64,000 nt of DNA from Anaerolineales bacterium (GTDB taxonomy: Bacteria; Chloroflexota; Anaerolineae; Anaerolineales; RBG-16-64-43): contig JAFGKK010000015.1 in NCBI GenBank assembly GCA_016928575.1, positions 108,498 to 172,497 on the forward strand, read 5' to 3'. Under the pieces are notes generated by a model. The model did not search any database. It was given only the letters and a program-made list of their open reading frames with translations, and was not told the origin of the DNA. The position numbers and the translations under genes are program-made. Shown here piece after piece: positions 18,125 to 27,702 of this stretch (position 1 is its first letter; each line of letters begins with the position of its first letter).

Positions 18125-19548
18125 ACGCGCCGCTGGTTTTTATGGCCGCCCCCTTGGCCGCCGCCGTTCCGTCATATTTCCTTTTTCCGCTTCGACCGAG
18201 ATCGGTTTCGCTCTGTTCCTCCTTGTTTGCCGCCGGATTGGCTTGGTTGGCGTCCACGGTGCCGCTCGATTCGCCGTGGTCCCTCCTGGGTTTTGCCGTT
18301 CCTGTCGACGGATCCTTCTTGTTCCTGGGCCGGCCTTTCATTTTCGATCCCAGCCTGAAGTCGGCCGTCGTCTTTCTTTTCGCCGGCGGTGCGGCTCTGT
18401 TTTTGGGCAGCCTGGCCCTTCCACCCAGCCGCGGCATTGTGCCGGTCGGATTGGTCGTTCTCGGCTTGTTTTCCGCCTCCTTGTTCGTCCGACCCTTTCT
18501 CTTCGCCGCCTTCTTTCTTTTCCTTTCTGTTCTTTTTCTATCCCTGCTTTTGTCGGATCCCGCCTACCCCGCCCCGCGCGGCGCCGTTCGCTGGATCTGC
18601 TACTCGGCGCTCGGCACCATCATCCTCCTCCTGGCGGGTTCGGAGTTGTCGAGTTTGGAAAAACTCCCCGCGGGGGCGGGTGAGTTCCCGCCGCTTCTTT
18701 TCCTTCTTGGGCTTGGTTTCGGGTTGATCCTATCGTTTCCCCCGTTCCATTTCTGGCTTCCGGAGGTGGTCGACGATTCGCCCCCCTACAGCGTTTCGGC
18801 CATTCTCTCTTTGTACATCGGGGCGGCGGTTTTCTTTCTGCTCCGTTTTTTGGATGGTTTTTCCTGGCTGCGCCAATCTCCGGGAACCAGCCTCATCCTC
18901 GTGGTCGGGGGTTCCGGGATGTGCTTTACGGGCGCCCTGTTCTCTTTAATTCAGGAGCGGCTTGGCCGTTGCGTCGGGTACCTCTCGTTGTGCAACCTCG
19001 GGGCGATCCTGTTGGCCCTGTCCTTCTCCGATTCGCTTGGGGCTCAGGTTGCGGTTGTCCTTCTGGCCTCACGCGGCTTTTCCCTTCTGGTTTGGGGAAT
19101 CTCGTTCAACGCCCTCCGTCCCAAGCAGGCCGGGGATCGGATACAGGATTTGTTGGGGGTCGCCGCCGTTAGGCCGTTTGCTTTCTCCGCCGTATTAATT
19201 TCGGCCCTTTCGTTGGTCGGCGCCCCCGGGCTTCTTTCTTTTCCGCCGCTGATGGCTCTGTTGCTTTCCAACCAGTCTCATTATGGGCTTTCTTCCCTCG
19301 GCGGACTTCTTTCGCTTTCGATCTTTTTTTCAATCGCCTCCGGGTTGTTTTCTCTCTATCGGTTTGCCCGTCCAATGCTGGATTTTGCTGCCGCCACGCA
19401 ACTCACGGAAGAAAAAAGCAGGCTGCGTCGCAGCTTTTTTCTGGCCGCGCTCTTTATAATGCTTCTGTTTGGGCTTTTCCCACAGTTATATCTTCCCTTC
19501 GTGACCACCGCTGCGGCCGCCTTCTTTAATCTATCTGCAATACCTTAG
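18121..19548 (+). CDS. NuoN/NuoM/MrpD-family proton-conducting membrane transporter subunit-like protein
   Basis: 475 aa. FPPFHFWLPEVVDDSPPYSVSAILSLYIGAAVFFLLRF matches the hallmark PFHxWLPDxxxGxPxPVSAxLS motif. GTGA overlap with the upstream gene. Confidence 0.7.
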   Translation: MNAPLVFMAAPLAAAVPSYFLFPLRPRSVSLCSSLFAAGLAWLASTVPLDSPWSLLGFAVPVDGSFLFLGRPFIFDPSLKSAVVFLFAGGAALFLGSLALPPSRGIVPVGLVVLGLFSASLFVRPFLFAAFFLFLSVLFLSLLLSDPAYPAPRGAVRWICYSALGTIILLLAGSELSSLEKLPAGAGEFPPLLFLLGLGFGLILSFPPFHFWLPEVVDDSPPYSVSAILSLYIGAAVFFLLRFLDGFSWLRQSPGTSLILVVGGSGMCFTGALFSLIQERLGRCVGYLSLCNLGAILLALSFSDSLGAQVAVVLLASRGFSLLVWGISFNALRPKQAGDRIQDLLGVAAVRPFAFSAVLISALSLVGAPGLLSFPPLMALLLSNQSHYGLSSLGGLLSLSIFFSIASGLFSLYRFARPMLDFAAATQLTEEKSRLRRSFFLAALFIMLLFGLFPQLYLPFVTTAAAAFFNLSAIP

Positions 19549-19776
19549 AGTTGGGATGGAATTAGTAGTGATAGTAGGGGCTGTGAATCTGTGGGTATTT
19601 ACAAAAAAGCAGAAAAATGCGGCTTGATGTAAAGAAGTCCGCTGGAAACCGTGTGGATCGGCAAAAGTAACTTTCTGATTAAAGGGTCAGAACGCGCGTT
19701 CTTTTCGTGTCTTAAAATGACCCGTTTTTTGTGAGAATAGCCCAAACCTCCCAGTCCTCTCCCCAAAAACATCTGT

Positions 19777-19785
19777 TTATCCACA
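19777..19785 (+). promoter_or_regulatory. Perfect DnaA box TTATCCACA
   Basis: Exact 9/9 match to the consensus. Confidence 0.7.
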
Positions 19786-19797
19786 GATTAAGGCCGT

Positions 19798-19806
19798 TTA
19801 TCCACA
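19798..19806 (+). promoter_or_regulatory. Perfect DnaA box TTATCCACA
   Basis: Exact 9/9 match, same orientation, 21 bp from the first box. Confidence 0.7.
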
Positions 19807-20110
19807 GGCGGGGCTTTGCGCAACAACTCACAGGCCTTGTGGATGCGGAATTTGAGAAAGGCTCATAATTATGAAGAAAATCGGACTTTTCCTTGGTTTT
19901 CCACTTATCGTCCACAGCCCCACGGTCGCGAAGTAAATAGGAGGCGTGTTTGAACCCCCGAGCAAAATGGAAGTCGGGTGCCGGCGGATAGCGATTATCT
20001 GGAAGAGGGGAATCGCCTGAGACAGGTCCGCGGGCGTGGCGGGCAAATGAATCGATTGAGTTTCCGGGGGCATACCGGCGGGCATTGGATCGCCCCAACA
20101 ACCGGAAGGC

Positions 20111-20138
20111 AAAAGACCCCGGGGACTGTCCCGGGGTC
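20111..20138 (-). terminator. Rho-independent terminator of dnaA
   Basis: GACCCCGGG(20115-20123)-gactgt-CCCGGGGTC(20130-20138). On the minus strand it is followed by TTTTG (plus-strand AAAA at 20111-20114). Confidence 0.65.
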
Positions 20139-20162
20139 CAAAAAAAATAAACGCGGAAAAAA

Positions 20163-21527
20163 TCAGGCAGTGATTGTGGGTTGGTACAGTTGCTGGCGGA
20201 TGGACATAATTTGCCGGCGGAGTTTGTCGTCTTGTTCCATCAGGTCGTTGATCTTATCGCAGCCGTACATCACGGTAGTGTGATCGCGTCCGCCCATGGC
20301 GTTTCCGATTTCCGGCAGGGAGGCGTTGGTCTCCTCGCGGATCAGGTACATAGCGACCTGCCGGGGAAGCACCACGTCTTTTGAGCGTTCCCGGCCAAGG
20401 AGTTTATCCCTTTCGATGCCGAATTGCCCCGCAACCGCGTCGATGATAGCGGTCGGTGCGATGCGCCTGTTTTTCGGGAGCATATCCGATAAGGCCGATT
20501 CGACAAGTTCCGGCCCTACGGGAATGCCGCCCAAATCGGAAAGCGCCAAAACGCGGATCAGTGCCCCTTCCAACTCACGGATGTTGCTTTGGACTCTGCG
20601 GGCGATCAGCTCGAGGATCTCCGGAGGCATTGTCCTGCCGGCTCGTTCCGCTTTCGATCGCAGGATGGCCATCCGGGTCTCGATATCGGGCGGCTGGATG
20701 TCGGCCGTCAGACCCCATTCAAACCGCGACCGAAGGCGCTCCTCCAGAGTTACCATCGCCTTAGGCGGGCGGTCCGAAGAAAGCACAAGCTGGCGGTTCT
20801 GGCCGTGCAATGCATTGAACGTGTGGAAAAACTCCTCCTGGGTTGATTCTTTCCCGGCGATGAACTGCACGTCGTCGATGAGCAGGACGTCGATGCGGCG
20901 GTATTTTTCCCGGAAGGCGTCGGTGGTATGGGAACGGATCGAGTTGATCAGGTCGTTGGTGAAATCTTCGGAAGTGACGTACAGCACCATGAGTCCGTGT
21001 TCGATGCAAGAATTTCCGATCGCGTGCAGCAGATGGGTCTTCCCCAGCCCCACCCCGCCGTAAAGAAAAAGCGGGTTATAGGCTTGGGCCGGATTATCGG
21101 CGACAGCCAGGCTGGCGGCATGCGCCAAGCGGTTGCTGTTCCCGACCACGAAGGAGGAAAAAGTATACCGGGGGTTGAGGTTGTTGCCGGTTGGGCGGAT
21201 GGGGATGGTGATCGGCACTCCTTCGTCCGACGCCGGAGCCGCCGTTCCCTCCTCCACGGATTCCGCCTCTTCCGTGCTTTCGGGTTTTCCAACTTCGAAT
21301 TTCACTTCAACGGGTTGGCCCCAAATCCCGGTGAGGATTTTTCTGGCCAGTCCCGTCAAGCGGTCTTCCAGCCAATCCCGCGCGTATCCGTTGGAGACGC
21401 CGATGGTGAAAACGCCGTTTTCATAGCAGAGGAACCGGGCGTCGCGCACCCACGTATCATACGTCGCCTTGTTCATTTCCAGCTGGAATTGACCGAGTGC
21501 CGCCTGCCACGCTTGTTCCGGATTCAT
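20163..21527 (-). CDS. dnaA: Chromosomal replication initiator protein DnaA
   Basis: Internal ATG at 21527 gives MNPEQAWQAALGQFQLEMNKATYDTWV.... Walker A GGVGLGKTHLLHAIG, LLIDDVQF, C-terminal domain IV RDHTTVMYGCDKI. 454 aa. Confidence 0.97.
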   Translation of the reverse strand: MNPEQAWQAALGQFQLEMNKATYDTWVRDARFLCYENGVFTIGVSNGYARDWLEDRLTGLARKILTGIWGQPVEVKFEVGKPESTEEAESVEEGTAAPASDEGVPITIPIRPTGNNLNPRYTFSSFVVGNSNRLAHAASLAVADNPAQAYNPLFLYGGVGLGKTHLLHAIGNSCIEHGLMVLYVTSEDFTNDLINSIRSHTTDAFREKYRRIDVLLIDDVQFIAGKESTQEEFFHTFNALHGQNRQLVLSSDRPPKAMVTLEERLRSRFEWGLTADIQPPDIETRMAILRSKAERAGRTMPPEILELIARRVQSNIRELEGALIRVLALSDLGGIPVGPELVESALSDMLPKNRRIAPTAIIDAVAGQFGIERDKLLGRERSKDVVLPRQVAMYLIREETNASLPEIGNAMGGRDHTTVMYGCDKINDLMEQDDKLRRQIMSIRQQLYQPTITA

Positions 21528-21886
21528 ATCTTCGGGCTCCGTCGTGGTGTTTACTGCGGATGGATTTCGGATTGCGGTGTTGCGCTGTTTGGGAGATACA
21601 ACTGATGCGCATTCTAGCAGACTTGCATGGGTCTGACAACAACCCATTCGGTGCATAAGCCGGTTTCCACAAACCTTTAAGGTTCAGTTTTCTTAAACCG
21701 AAGGAGGGACGAATCCGCGGAGAGCGAACCCAAGAGAATTCCCGGAGCCGTAGCAAGGCCGAAATGGCGCGGTTTTTTCGATGCTTTTTATTCCGACCAA
21801 AGACGGAGACAATCGCCGCACGAGACATTAAATTTTTTTTTGCGCAGAATCTCGTTTTCCAGGGAAAAAACCGGATTTATCCCGCG

Positions 21887-21895
21887 TTCTCCACA
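21887..21895 (+). promoter_or_regulatory. DnaA-box-like site TTCTCCACA (8/9) in the dnaA/gatC divergent intergenic region
   Basis: One mismatch to TTATCCACA. A second weaker site, GTTTCCACA, lies at 21663-21671. Confidence 0.4.
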
Positions 21896-21933
21896 GGCGG
21901 ATCGTGGAAAATGGGGAAAACAAACTGGTGCGG

Positions 21934-21939
21934 TATAAT
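21934..21939 (+). promoter_or_regulatory. -10 hexamer TATAAT 6 nt before the gatC ATG (possible leaderless mRNA)
   Basis: cggTATAATcccgccATG. No Shine-Dalgarno sequence fits between the -10 and the start codon. Confidence 0.4.
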
Positions 21940-21945
21940 CCCGCC

Positions 21946-22233
21946 ATGCCGCTGACACGCAAAGAAGTGGAACACATTGCCGCGTTGGCCCACCTCCAAT
22001 TGTCCACGGAAGAAGTGGAGAAATTCTGCCAGCAATTGACCAGTATTCTGGAATATGCGGATCGACTGCGGCAGGTGGAAACGGCATCCATCTCTCCCAC
22101 GACGACGGTGCTTCCCCTGCGTTCGGTTCTCCGGGACGATTCGGTGGGAGAATCCCTCGACCGGGACGACGGGTTGGCCAATGCGCCGGAACAAGAACGG
22201 CACATGTTCCGGATTCCACCCGTATTCGACTGA
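21946..22233 (+). CDS. gatC: Asp/Glu-tRNA(Asn/Gln) amidotransferase subunit C
   Basis: MPLTRKEVEHIAALAHLQLSTEEVEKFCQQLTSILEYADRL. 95 aa. Confidence 0.9.
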   Translation: MPLTRKEVEHIAALAHLQLSTEEVEKFCQQLTSILEYADRLRQVETASISPTTTVLPLRSVLRDDSVGESLDRDDGLANAPEQERHMFRIPPVFD

Positions 22234-22247
22234 TCCGGCGGCCGTCA

Positions 22248-23723
22248 ATGAATCCCCTTGACCTCACACTACGGCAGGCGGCGGCTTCCCTCCGCAACGG
22301 AACGTTGAGCAGTGCGGAACTCTTGGATTGCGTCCGCAAGCGGGCGGAACAGGCGAATCCGAAAATTCATGCCTATCTGCAAACAGCGGATGGAGAAGCG
22401 GAGGAAGCGGCCCGAGAAGCGGATGCAAAGTGGGCTGCGTTCCGAAAGGGAGGCGAGGCTCCGGGCCTGCTGTGCGGAATTCCTCTCGCGGTGAAGGACG
22501 TCCTCTGCATTAAGGGATACCGATGCACGTGCGGCTCGAAGATTCTCGAAAATTTCGTCCCGCCGTACACGGCCACGGCCGTTCACCGGCTGGTGGCTGC
22601 GGGAGCGATCCCCTTGGGGAAGACCAACACAGACGAATTTGCCATGGGATCCTCCACAGAGAATTCCGCCTATGGATACACCCGCAATCCATGGGATCCA
22701 GACCGGGTTCCCGGCGGGTCCAGCGGCGGAAGCGCCGCGGCCGTAGCGGCCCGGATGGCGCCCGCCGCCCTTGGCACCGATACCGGCGGGAGCGTCCGGC
22801 AGCCCGCTGCCTATTGCGGCGTGGTCGGATTAAAACCTTCTTACGGACGGGTATCCCGATACGGATTAATCGCCTTTGGTTCGTCTTTGGATTGCGTCGG
22901 CGTCCTTTCGCAGACGGTCGAAGACGCGGCTTTCCTGTTGGAGGTCATGGCCGGTTACGACCCGTTGGATTCCACCGCTCTTCCGGATCCGGTTCCAGGA
23001 TACTGCGGATCGATGAGTGGAGAACCGGATTTGCACGGCTTGCGGGTCGGGGTGCCGAAAGAATATTTCCCCCCCGGCATCCAACCCGATGTCGATCGGT
23101 CTGTCCGCGAGGCGATCGCCGTTCTGCAATCCCTGGGAGCGGACATCCGGGAGGTGTCGCTGCCCAACACGGAGTTCGCGCTTCCGGTGTACTACATCGT
23201 GGCGCCGGCGGAGGCTTCCGCAAATTTGGCCCGCTACGACGGCGTGCGTTTCGGACTGCGGAAGGAAGCCCAAGGATTGCGCGATCTGTACGAGCGCACG
23301 CGCGGTGCGGGATTCGGGCCTGAGGTGAAGCGGCGGATTATGCTGGGGACCTACGCCCTCTCGGCCGGATACTACGACGCCTACTACGGACAGGCGCAGA
23401 AAGTCCGGACGTTGATCAAGGCTGATTTCGACAACGCCTTCCGATCGGTCGACATCATCGCCTCGCCCGTTACGCCAACAACCGCCTTCCGTATTGGAGA
23501 GAAAGTGGATGACCCGCTTTCCATGTACATGGAGGATCTACTCACCCTGCCGGCCAGCTTGGCGGGTATTCCGGGGATGTCGATCCCATGCGGTCGGGAT
23601 TCCACAGGACTCCCCATCGGCTTGCAGCTCAGCGGGCCGTTTTTGGGTGAAGAGACCCTTGTGCGGGTCGGATGGGCGTTCCAGCAGGCAACCCGTTGGC
23701 ACATGGAGGCACCCAGCCTATGA
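22248..23723 (+). CDS. gatA: Asp/Glu-tRNA(Asn/Gln) amidotransferase subunit A
   Basis: Amidase signature [16 protein letters not shown]...TTCGSK-like [13 protein letters not shown]. 491 aa. Confidence 0.97.
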   Translation: MNPLDLTLRQAAASLRNGTLSSAELLDCVRKRAEQANPKIHAYLQTADGEAEEAAREADAKWAAFRKGGEAPGLLCGIPLAVKDVLCIKGYRCTCGSKILENFVPPYTATAVHRLVAAGAIPLGKTNTDEFAMGSSTENSAYGYTRNPWDPDRVPGGSSGGSAAAVAARMAPAALGTDTGGSVRQPAAYCGVVGLKPSYGRVSRYGLIAFGSSLDCVGVLSQTVEDAAFLLEVMAGYDPLDSTALPDPVPGYCGSMSGEPDLHGLRVGVPKEYFPPGIQPDVDRSVREAIAVLQSLGADIREVSLPNTEFALPVYYIVAPAEASANLARYDGVRFGLRKEAQGLRDLYERTRGAGFGPEVKRRIMLGTYALSAGYYDAYYGQAQKVRTLIKADFDNAFRSVDIIASPVTPTTAFRIGEKVDDPLSMYMEDLLTLPASLAGIPGMSIPCGRDSTGLPIGLQLSGPFLGEETLVRVGWAFQQATRWHMEAPSL

Positions 23724-24712
23724 AAGTCATCCTGCCGATGGCCGGCTTCGGGACTCGCCTGAGGCCGCTTACGTGGAGCAAGCCCAAACCCCTGGTTCAA
23801 GTTGCGGGAAAGGCGATCCTGGGGCACGTGCTGGACATGTTCTGCCGCCTTCCGGACCTGGAGGAAGCGGTTTTCATCGTCGGCTTCCTGGGCGACCAGG
23901 TCCAGGAATACGTTCATCGGACCTATCCGGACCTCAAGGCCCACTACGTCGAGCAAAAAGACATGCTCGGCCAATCGCAAGCTCTGTGGCTGGCCCGGGC
24001 ACATCTGGAAGGGCCGGTTCTGATCTCCTTCGTCGACACTCTGATGGATACGGATTTCACCCGGGCGGTAAAAAACCGGAAACACGCCGCGGCCTGGGTG
24101 AAACAGGTCGAGGACCCGCGCCGCTTCGGTGTGGCGACGCTCGGCAAGGACGGCCGGGTGGAGCGTTTGGTGGAGAAGCCTTCCGGGACGGAGAACAAAC
24201 TCGCTGTCGTGGGCACCTATTACCTGCCCTCCGGGGCCGAGCTGATACGCGCCATCGAACGGCAGATGGAGAAGGGGACGAAGCTCGCCGAGGAGTTCTA
24301 TCTGGCGGATGCTCTCAACCTGATGCTGGCTGACGGGCTGAAGATGGAGGTGGAACAGGTGGGTCATTGGGAGGATTGCGGCAAGCCGGAAACCCTGTTG
24401 CATGCAAACCGATATCTCCTGGAGCGCGACGGAGGGAATGCGGAACCGACGGTCCGAGGTGACGTAGTGATCGTTCCGCCGGTGTACATCGATCCCGCCG
24501 CAGCGGTGCAACAATCGGTCATCGGGCCGTACGTGTCGCTCGCCGCCGGATGTCGGATCGAACACTCGGTCATCCGGGATTCGATCGTCGACGAAAAGGC
24601 GGAAATCGCGCGGATGGTGGTTGCGGGATCCCTGATCGGAGCCCAGGCCAAATTGCTGGGAAGATTCGACTCGTTTCTGGTCGGAGATTCCTCCGAAATG
24701 TGCTTGGGATGA
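23720..24712 (+). CDS. Sugar-phosphate nucleotidyltransferase (G1P thymidylyl/uridylyltransferase-like) with C-terminal hexapeptide-repeat region
   Basis: ATGA overlap with gat[35 protein letters not shown] (GxGTRLxPxT motif). Confidence 0.85.
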   Translation: MKVILPMAGFGTRLRPLTWSKPKPLVQVAGKAILGHVLDMFCRLPDLEEAVFIVGFLGDQVQEYVHRTYPDLKAHYVEQKDMLGQSQALWLARAHLEGPVLISFVDTLMDTDFTRAVKNRKHAAAWVKQVEDPRRFGVATLGKDGRVERLVEKPSGTENKLAVVGTYYLPSGAELIRAIERQMEKGTKLAEEFYLADALNLMLADGLKMEVEQVGHWEDCGKPETLLHANRYLLERDGGNAEPTVRGDVVIVPPVYIDPAAAVQQSVIGPYVSLAAGCRIEHSVIRDSIVDEKAEIARMVVAGSLIGAQAKLLGRFDSFLVGDSSEMCLG

Positions 24713-24942
24713 CCCGAGGAAAACCGGTGTCCGGCGCGGTGGAGTGCCATTCGGGCGCGGAGTATGCGGAAAGCCCGCGGAGGTTCCTGTGGCAGGGGGC
24801 GTGGCGAGATGTGGATCGGGTTTATGCAGAGCGCCGGACGCCGAACGGGAAACAATTTGAAGTGCTGGATGAGGAGCGGGATAAGTTCATCCTGACGTAC
24901 GATACCGAAAACGACTCCTGGACGATCCTTCCCGCGCCCTGA
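24709..24942 (+). CDS. Hypothetical 77-aa protein
   Basis: ATGA overlap with the upstream gene. MTRGKPVSGAVECHSGAEYAESPRRFLWQGAWRDVDRVYAERRTPNGKQFEVLDEE.... No family recognised. Confidence 0.45.
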   Translation: MTRGKPVSGAVECHSGAEYAESPRRFLWQGAWRDVDRVYAERRTPNGKQFEVLDEERDKFILTYDTENDSWTILPAP

Positions 24943-25018
24943 CCGGCGAATCCGCCGGCGGCCGCCGTTTGGCGCGGGGGAGGGGCCGGAATTCTTTGCC
25001 AAACCGAGGGACTTTCGT

Positions 25019-26179
25019 ATGCGGAATTTCGTTGCCAAGAGAATCCAAGCGGTCCCCCCGTCCGGAATACGGCGCTTCTTCGACATTGCCGCAACAATGA
25101 AGGACGTCATCTCGCTTGGGATCGGAGAGCCGGATTTCATCACGCCCACCCCCATCCTTCGGGCGGGAATCCATTCCCTGCGGCTGGGCGACACCCACTA
25201 CACCTCCAATTCGGGAACCCGCGAGCTGCGCGACGCGGTGGCCGTACAGTTGCAGAACCTCTACGGAGTGGCCTACGATCCCGAGGAAGAAATCCTGATC
25301 ACGGTCGGCGCCTCGGAGGCGCTCCATCTGGCGCTGTCGGCGATCCTGGATCCGGGGGACGAGGTCATTGTTCCGGAACCCTGTTTTGTCGCCTACACGC
25401 CGGAGGTGGTATTCGCGGACGGCTCTCCGGTGACCGTGCCGACGTTCGTGAAAAACCAATTCCAAGTGACGGGGGAGGAGATCGAACGGGCGGTTACTCC
25501 GAAAACCAAGGCGATCCTCATCGGATACCCCAACAACCCAACCGGTGCGGTTATGTCGCGGGAGAAGCTTTTGGATGTGGGCGAAGTTGCCCGCCGACAC
25601 GACCTGCTGATTATTTCGGACGAATTGTACAGCCGGCTGGTGTATCACCAGGAGCATGTCTGCGTTCCGTCGCTTCCGGGTCTGCGCGAGCGAACCGTGC
25701 TGGTGAACGGGTTTTCGAAGGGGTATGCGATGACCGGGTGGCGGCTGGGATACGTCGCCGCTCCGAAGGGTCTGATGGCGGCGATGCGCAAGATCCACCA
25801 ATACACGATAATGTCGGCCCCGACCATGTCGCAGGCGGCCGGGTTGGAGGCGATCCGGCGCGGCGATTACTATGTCAAGGAAATGGTGGCGGAATACAAC
25901 CGGAGGAGGGAACTGCTGATCCGGGGTTTGAACAGCCTGGGGCTGGATTGCTTCGAGCCGCAGGGCGCATTTTACGCTTTTCCTTCGGTGGCTAAAACCG
26001 GAATGGACGACGAACAGTTTTCCGAGGCCCTGCTGCGCGAGGAGCAGGTGGCGGTGGTCCCCGGTTCGGCGTTCGGCCCGAGCGGGAAGGGATTTGTCCG
26101 CATCTGCTACGCCACCGCATACGAGAAGATCGAGCAAGCCCTGGAACACATGGCGCGGTTCATGCGCCGGCACGGTTGA
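25019..26179 (+). CDS. Class I/II PLP-dependent aminotransferase (aspartate aminotransferase-like)
   Basis: [22 protein letters not shown] (PLP-lysine motif SxK), 386 aa. Confidence 0.9.
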   Translation: MRNFVAKRIQAVPPSGIRRFFDIAATMKDVISLGIGEPDFITPTPILRAGIHSLRLGDTHYTSNSGTRELRDAVAVQLQNLYGVAYDPEEEILITVGASEALHLALSAILDPGDEVIVPEPCFVAYTPEVVFADGSPVTVPTFVKNQFQVTGEEIERAVTPKTKAILIGYPNNPTGAVMSREKLLDVGEVARRHDLLIISDELYSRLVYHQEHVCVPSLPGLRERTVLVNGFSKGYAMTGWRLGYVAAPKGLMAAMRKIHQYTIMSAPTMSQAAGLEAIRRGDYYVKEMVAEYNRRRELLIRGLNSLGLDCFEPQGAFYAFPSVAKTGMDDEQFSEALLREEQVAVVPGSAFGPSGKGFVRICYATAYEKIEQALEHMARFMRRHG

Positions 26180-26213
26180 TCCGCGGGCGGGGCGGAACGG
26201 GAGAGGTGGTTTT

Positions 26214-27683
26214 ATGGAGTGGGAACCGGTGGTCGGCTTGGAAGTCCACGCGGAACTGCGCACCCGGTCCAAGATGTTTTGCGGATGCGCGGTCGTGGAT
26301 TCCACCACGGCTGAACCCAACACCGTCATCTGTCCGGTTTGCCTGGGGATGCCGGGCAGCTTGCCGGTGATCAACCGCCGCGCGGTGGACATGGGGATGC
26401 GGGTGGCCGCCGCGCTGGAGTGCCGGATTGAGCCGGTTAGCGTGTTCGCGCGCAAGAATTATTTCTATCCGGATCTCCCCAAAGGGTACCAAATCTCCCA
26501 ATACGAAATGCCGCTGGCGGTCGGCGGAAAATTGCGGATCTGGGCGGGCGAGCGGCGCCGCACGGTCCGGATCCGAAGGGTCCACTTGGAAGAGGACACC
26601 GGCAAGCTGATCCACGAGGAAAAACCCGCGCGCTCGCTGGTCGACCTCAACCGGGCCGGAGTCCCGCTTTTGGAAATCGTATCGGAACCGGATTTGCATT
26701 CGATCGAAGAAGTCAAGGCCTACGCGACCGCCCTGCGGCGTTTGCTTCGCTATCTGGAAGTTAACAACGGCGACATGGAGAAAGGCGTGATCCGCTTCGA
26801 GGCGAACATCTCCCTGCGCCCGGCCGGCTCGGAGGAGCTCGGAACGCGGGTGGAGGTGAAGAACCTAAACTCCTTCCGGGCGATGATCCGCGCCATGGAG
26901 TATGAAATCGGGCGCCAATCCGCCTTGCGCAACAAGGGAGGGCAGGTGGAGCAGGAAACTCTCGGCTGGAACGAAACGACGGGGCGGACGTACAGCCAGC
27001 GTTCCAAAGAGGAAGCCCACGATTACCGGTACTTCCCCGAACCGGATTTGCCGCCGCTCGAGGTTTCCGAGGCATGGCGGAGCGAAATCGCGGATTCCCT
27101 GCCGGAATTGCCGGATGCGCGCTGCGAGCGCCTGATGGCGCAATACGGTTTGAAGCGCCGTGACGCGGAAGTGATTGTTGAGGATAAGGCGGCTGCGGAT
27201 TTCTATGAAAAGGCGGTATCCGAATCCGGCGCGCCGGCGAAGCACGTCGCCGCCTGGCTAAGCGGCGATCTGTTCGGGTTGCTCAACGCCAGGAACCTTC
27301 CGCTGGTCGGGGAGGACGGCGCGCCCACCGTCTCGGCTGAGGCCTTTGGCAAACTGATCCGCATGGTGACTGGCGGAACCATCAACGGCCCGACGGGAAA
27401 GAAACTGCTGGCGGAGATGGTCGCAAGCGGCAAATCCGCCGAGGAATTAGTGGATCAGCGCGGGTTGCGGCAAATCGGGGACGAGGACACCCTGCGCGAG
27501 GAGGTGCGCAAGGTGCTGGCGGAAAATCCCGGGCAGGTGGAATCCTATCGAAAAGGAAAGAGCACCGTGATCCAGTGGCTGCTCGGACAGGTAATGAAGG
27601 CTACCGGAGGCCGGGCGAATCCGAAAACCGTCCGCGGACTGCTGGAGAAGGAATTGACGGAATCGAAGGATTCCGGGAAATAG
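26214..27683 (+). CDS. gatB: Asp/Glu-tRNA(Asn/Gln) amidotransferase subunit B
   Basis: Internal ATG at 26214 gives [25 protein letters not shown].... [34 protein letters not shown]-terminal GatB_Yqey. Confidence 0.97.
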   Translation: MEWEPVVGLEVHAELRTRSKMFCGCAVVDSTTAEPNTVICPVCLGMPGSLPVINRRAVDMGMRVAAALECRIEPVSVFARKNYFYPDLPKGYQISQYEMPLAVGGKLRIWAGERRRTVRIRRVHLEEDTGKLIHEEKPARSLVDLNRAGVPLLEIVSEPDLHSIEEVKAYATALRRLLRYLEVNNGDMEKGVIRFEANISLRPAGSEELGTRVEVKNLNSFRAMIRAMEYEIGRQSALRNKGGQVEQETLGWNETTGRTYSQRSKEEAHDYRYFPEPDLPPLEVSEAWRSEIADSLPELPDARCERLMAQYGLKRRDAEVIVEDKAAADFYEKAVSESGAPAKHVAAWLSGDLFGLLNARNLPLVGEDGAPTVSAEAFGKLIRMVTGGTINGPTGKKLLAEMVASGKSAEELVDQRGLRQIGDEDTLREEVRKVLAENPGQVESYRKGKSTVIQWLLGQVMKATGGRANPKTVRGLLEKELTESKDSGK

Positions 27684-27702
27684 AGTCCGTGGAAAGAACG
27701 AA

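Larger units (their letters stand above)
19549..20110. other. Candidate oriC: AT-rich DnaA-box cluster immediately downstream of dnaA
   Basis: Non-coding 560 bp. Two perfect TTATCCACA boxes 21 bp apart. 7/9 matches at 19652-19660 (TGTGGATCG), 19838-19846 (TGTGGATGC) and 19908-19916 (TCGTCCACA). Hand count of 19561-19740 gives 74/180 GC (41%), against about 60-70% in coding lines. Confidence 0.55.

Noticed and set aside
24887-26455. 522-aa minus-strand ORF
   Set aside because: It is antisense to the aminotransferase and the 5' end of gatB, and it has no motifs.
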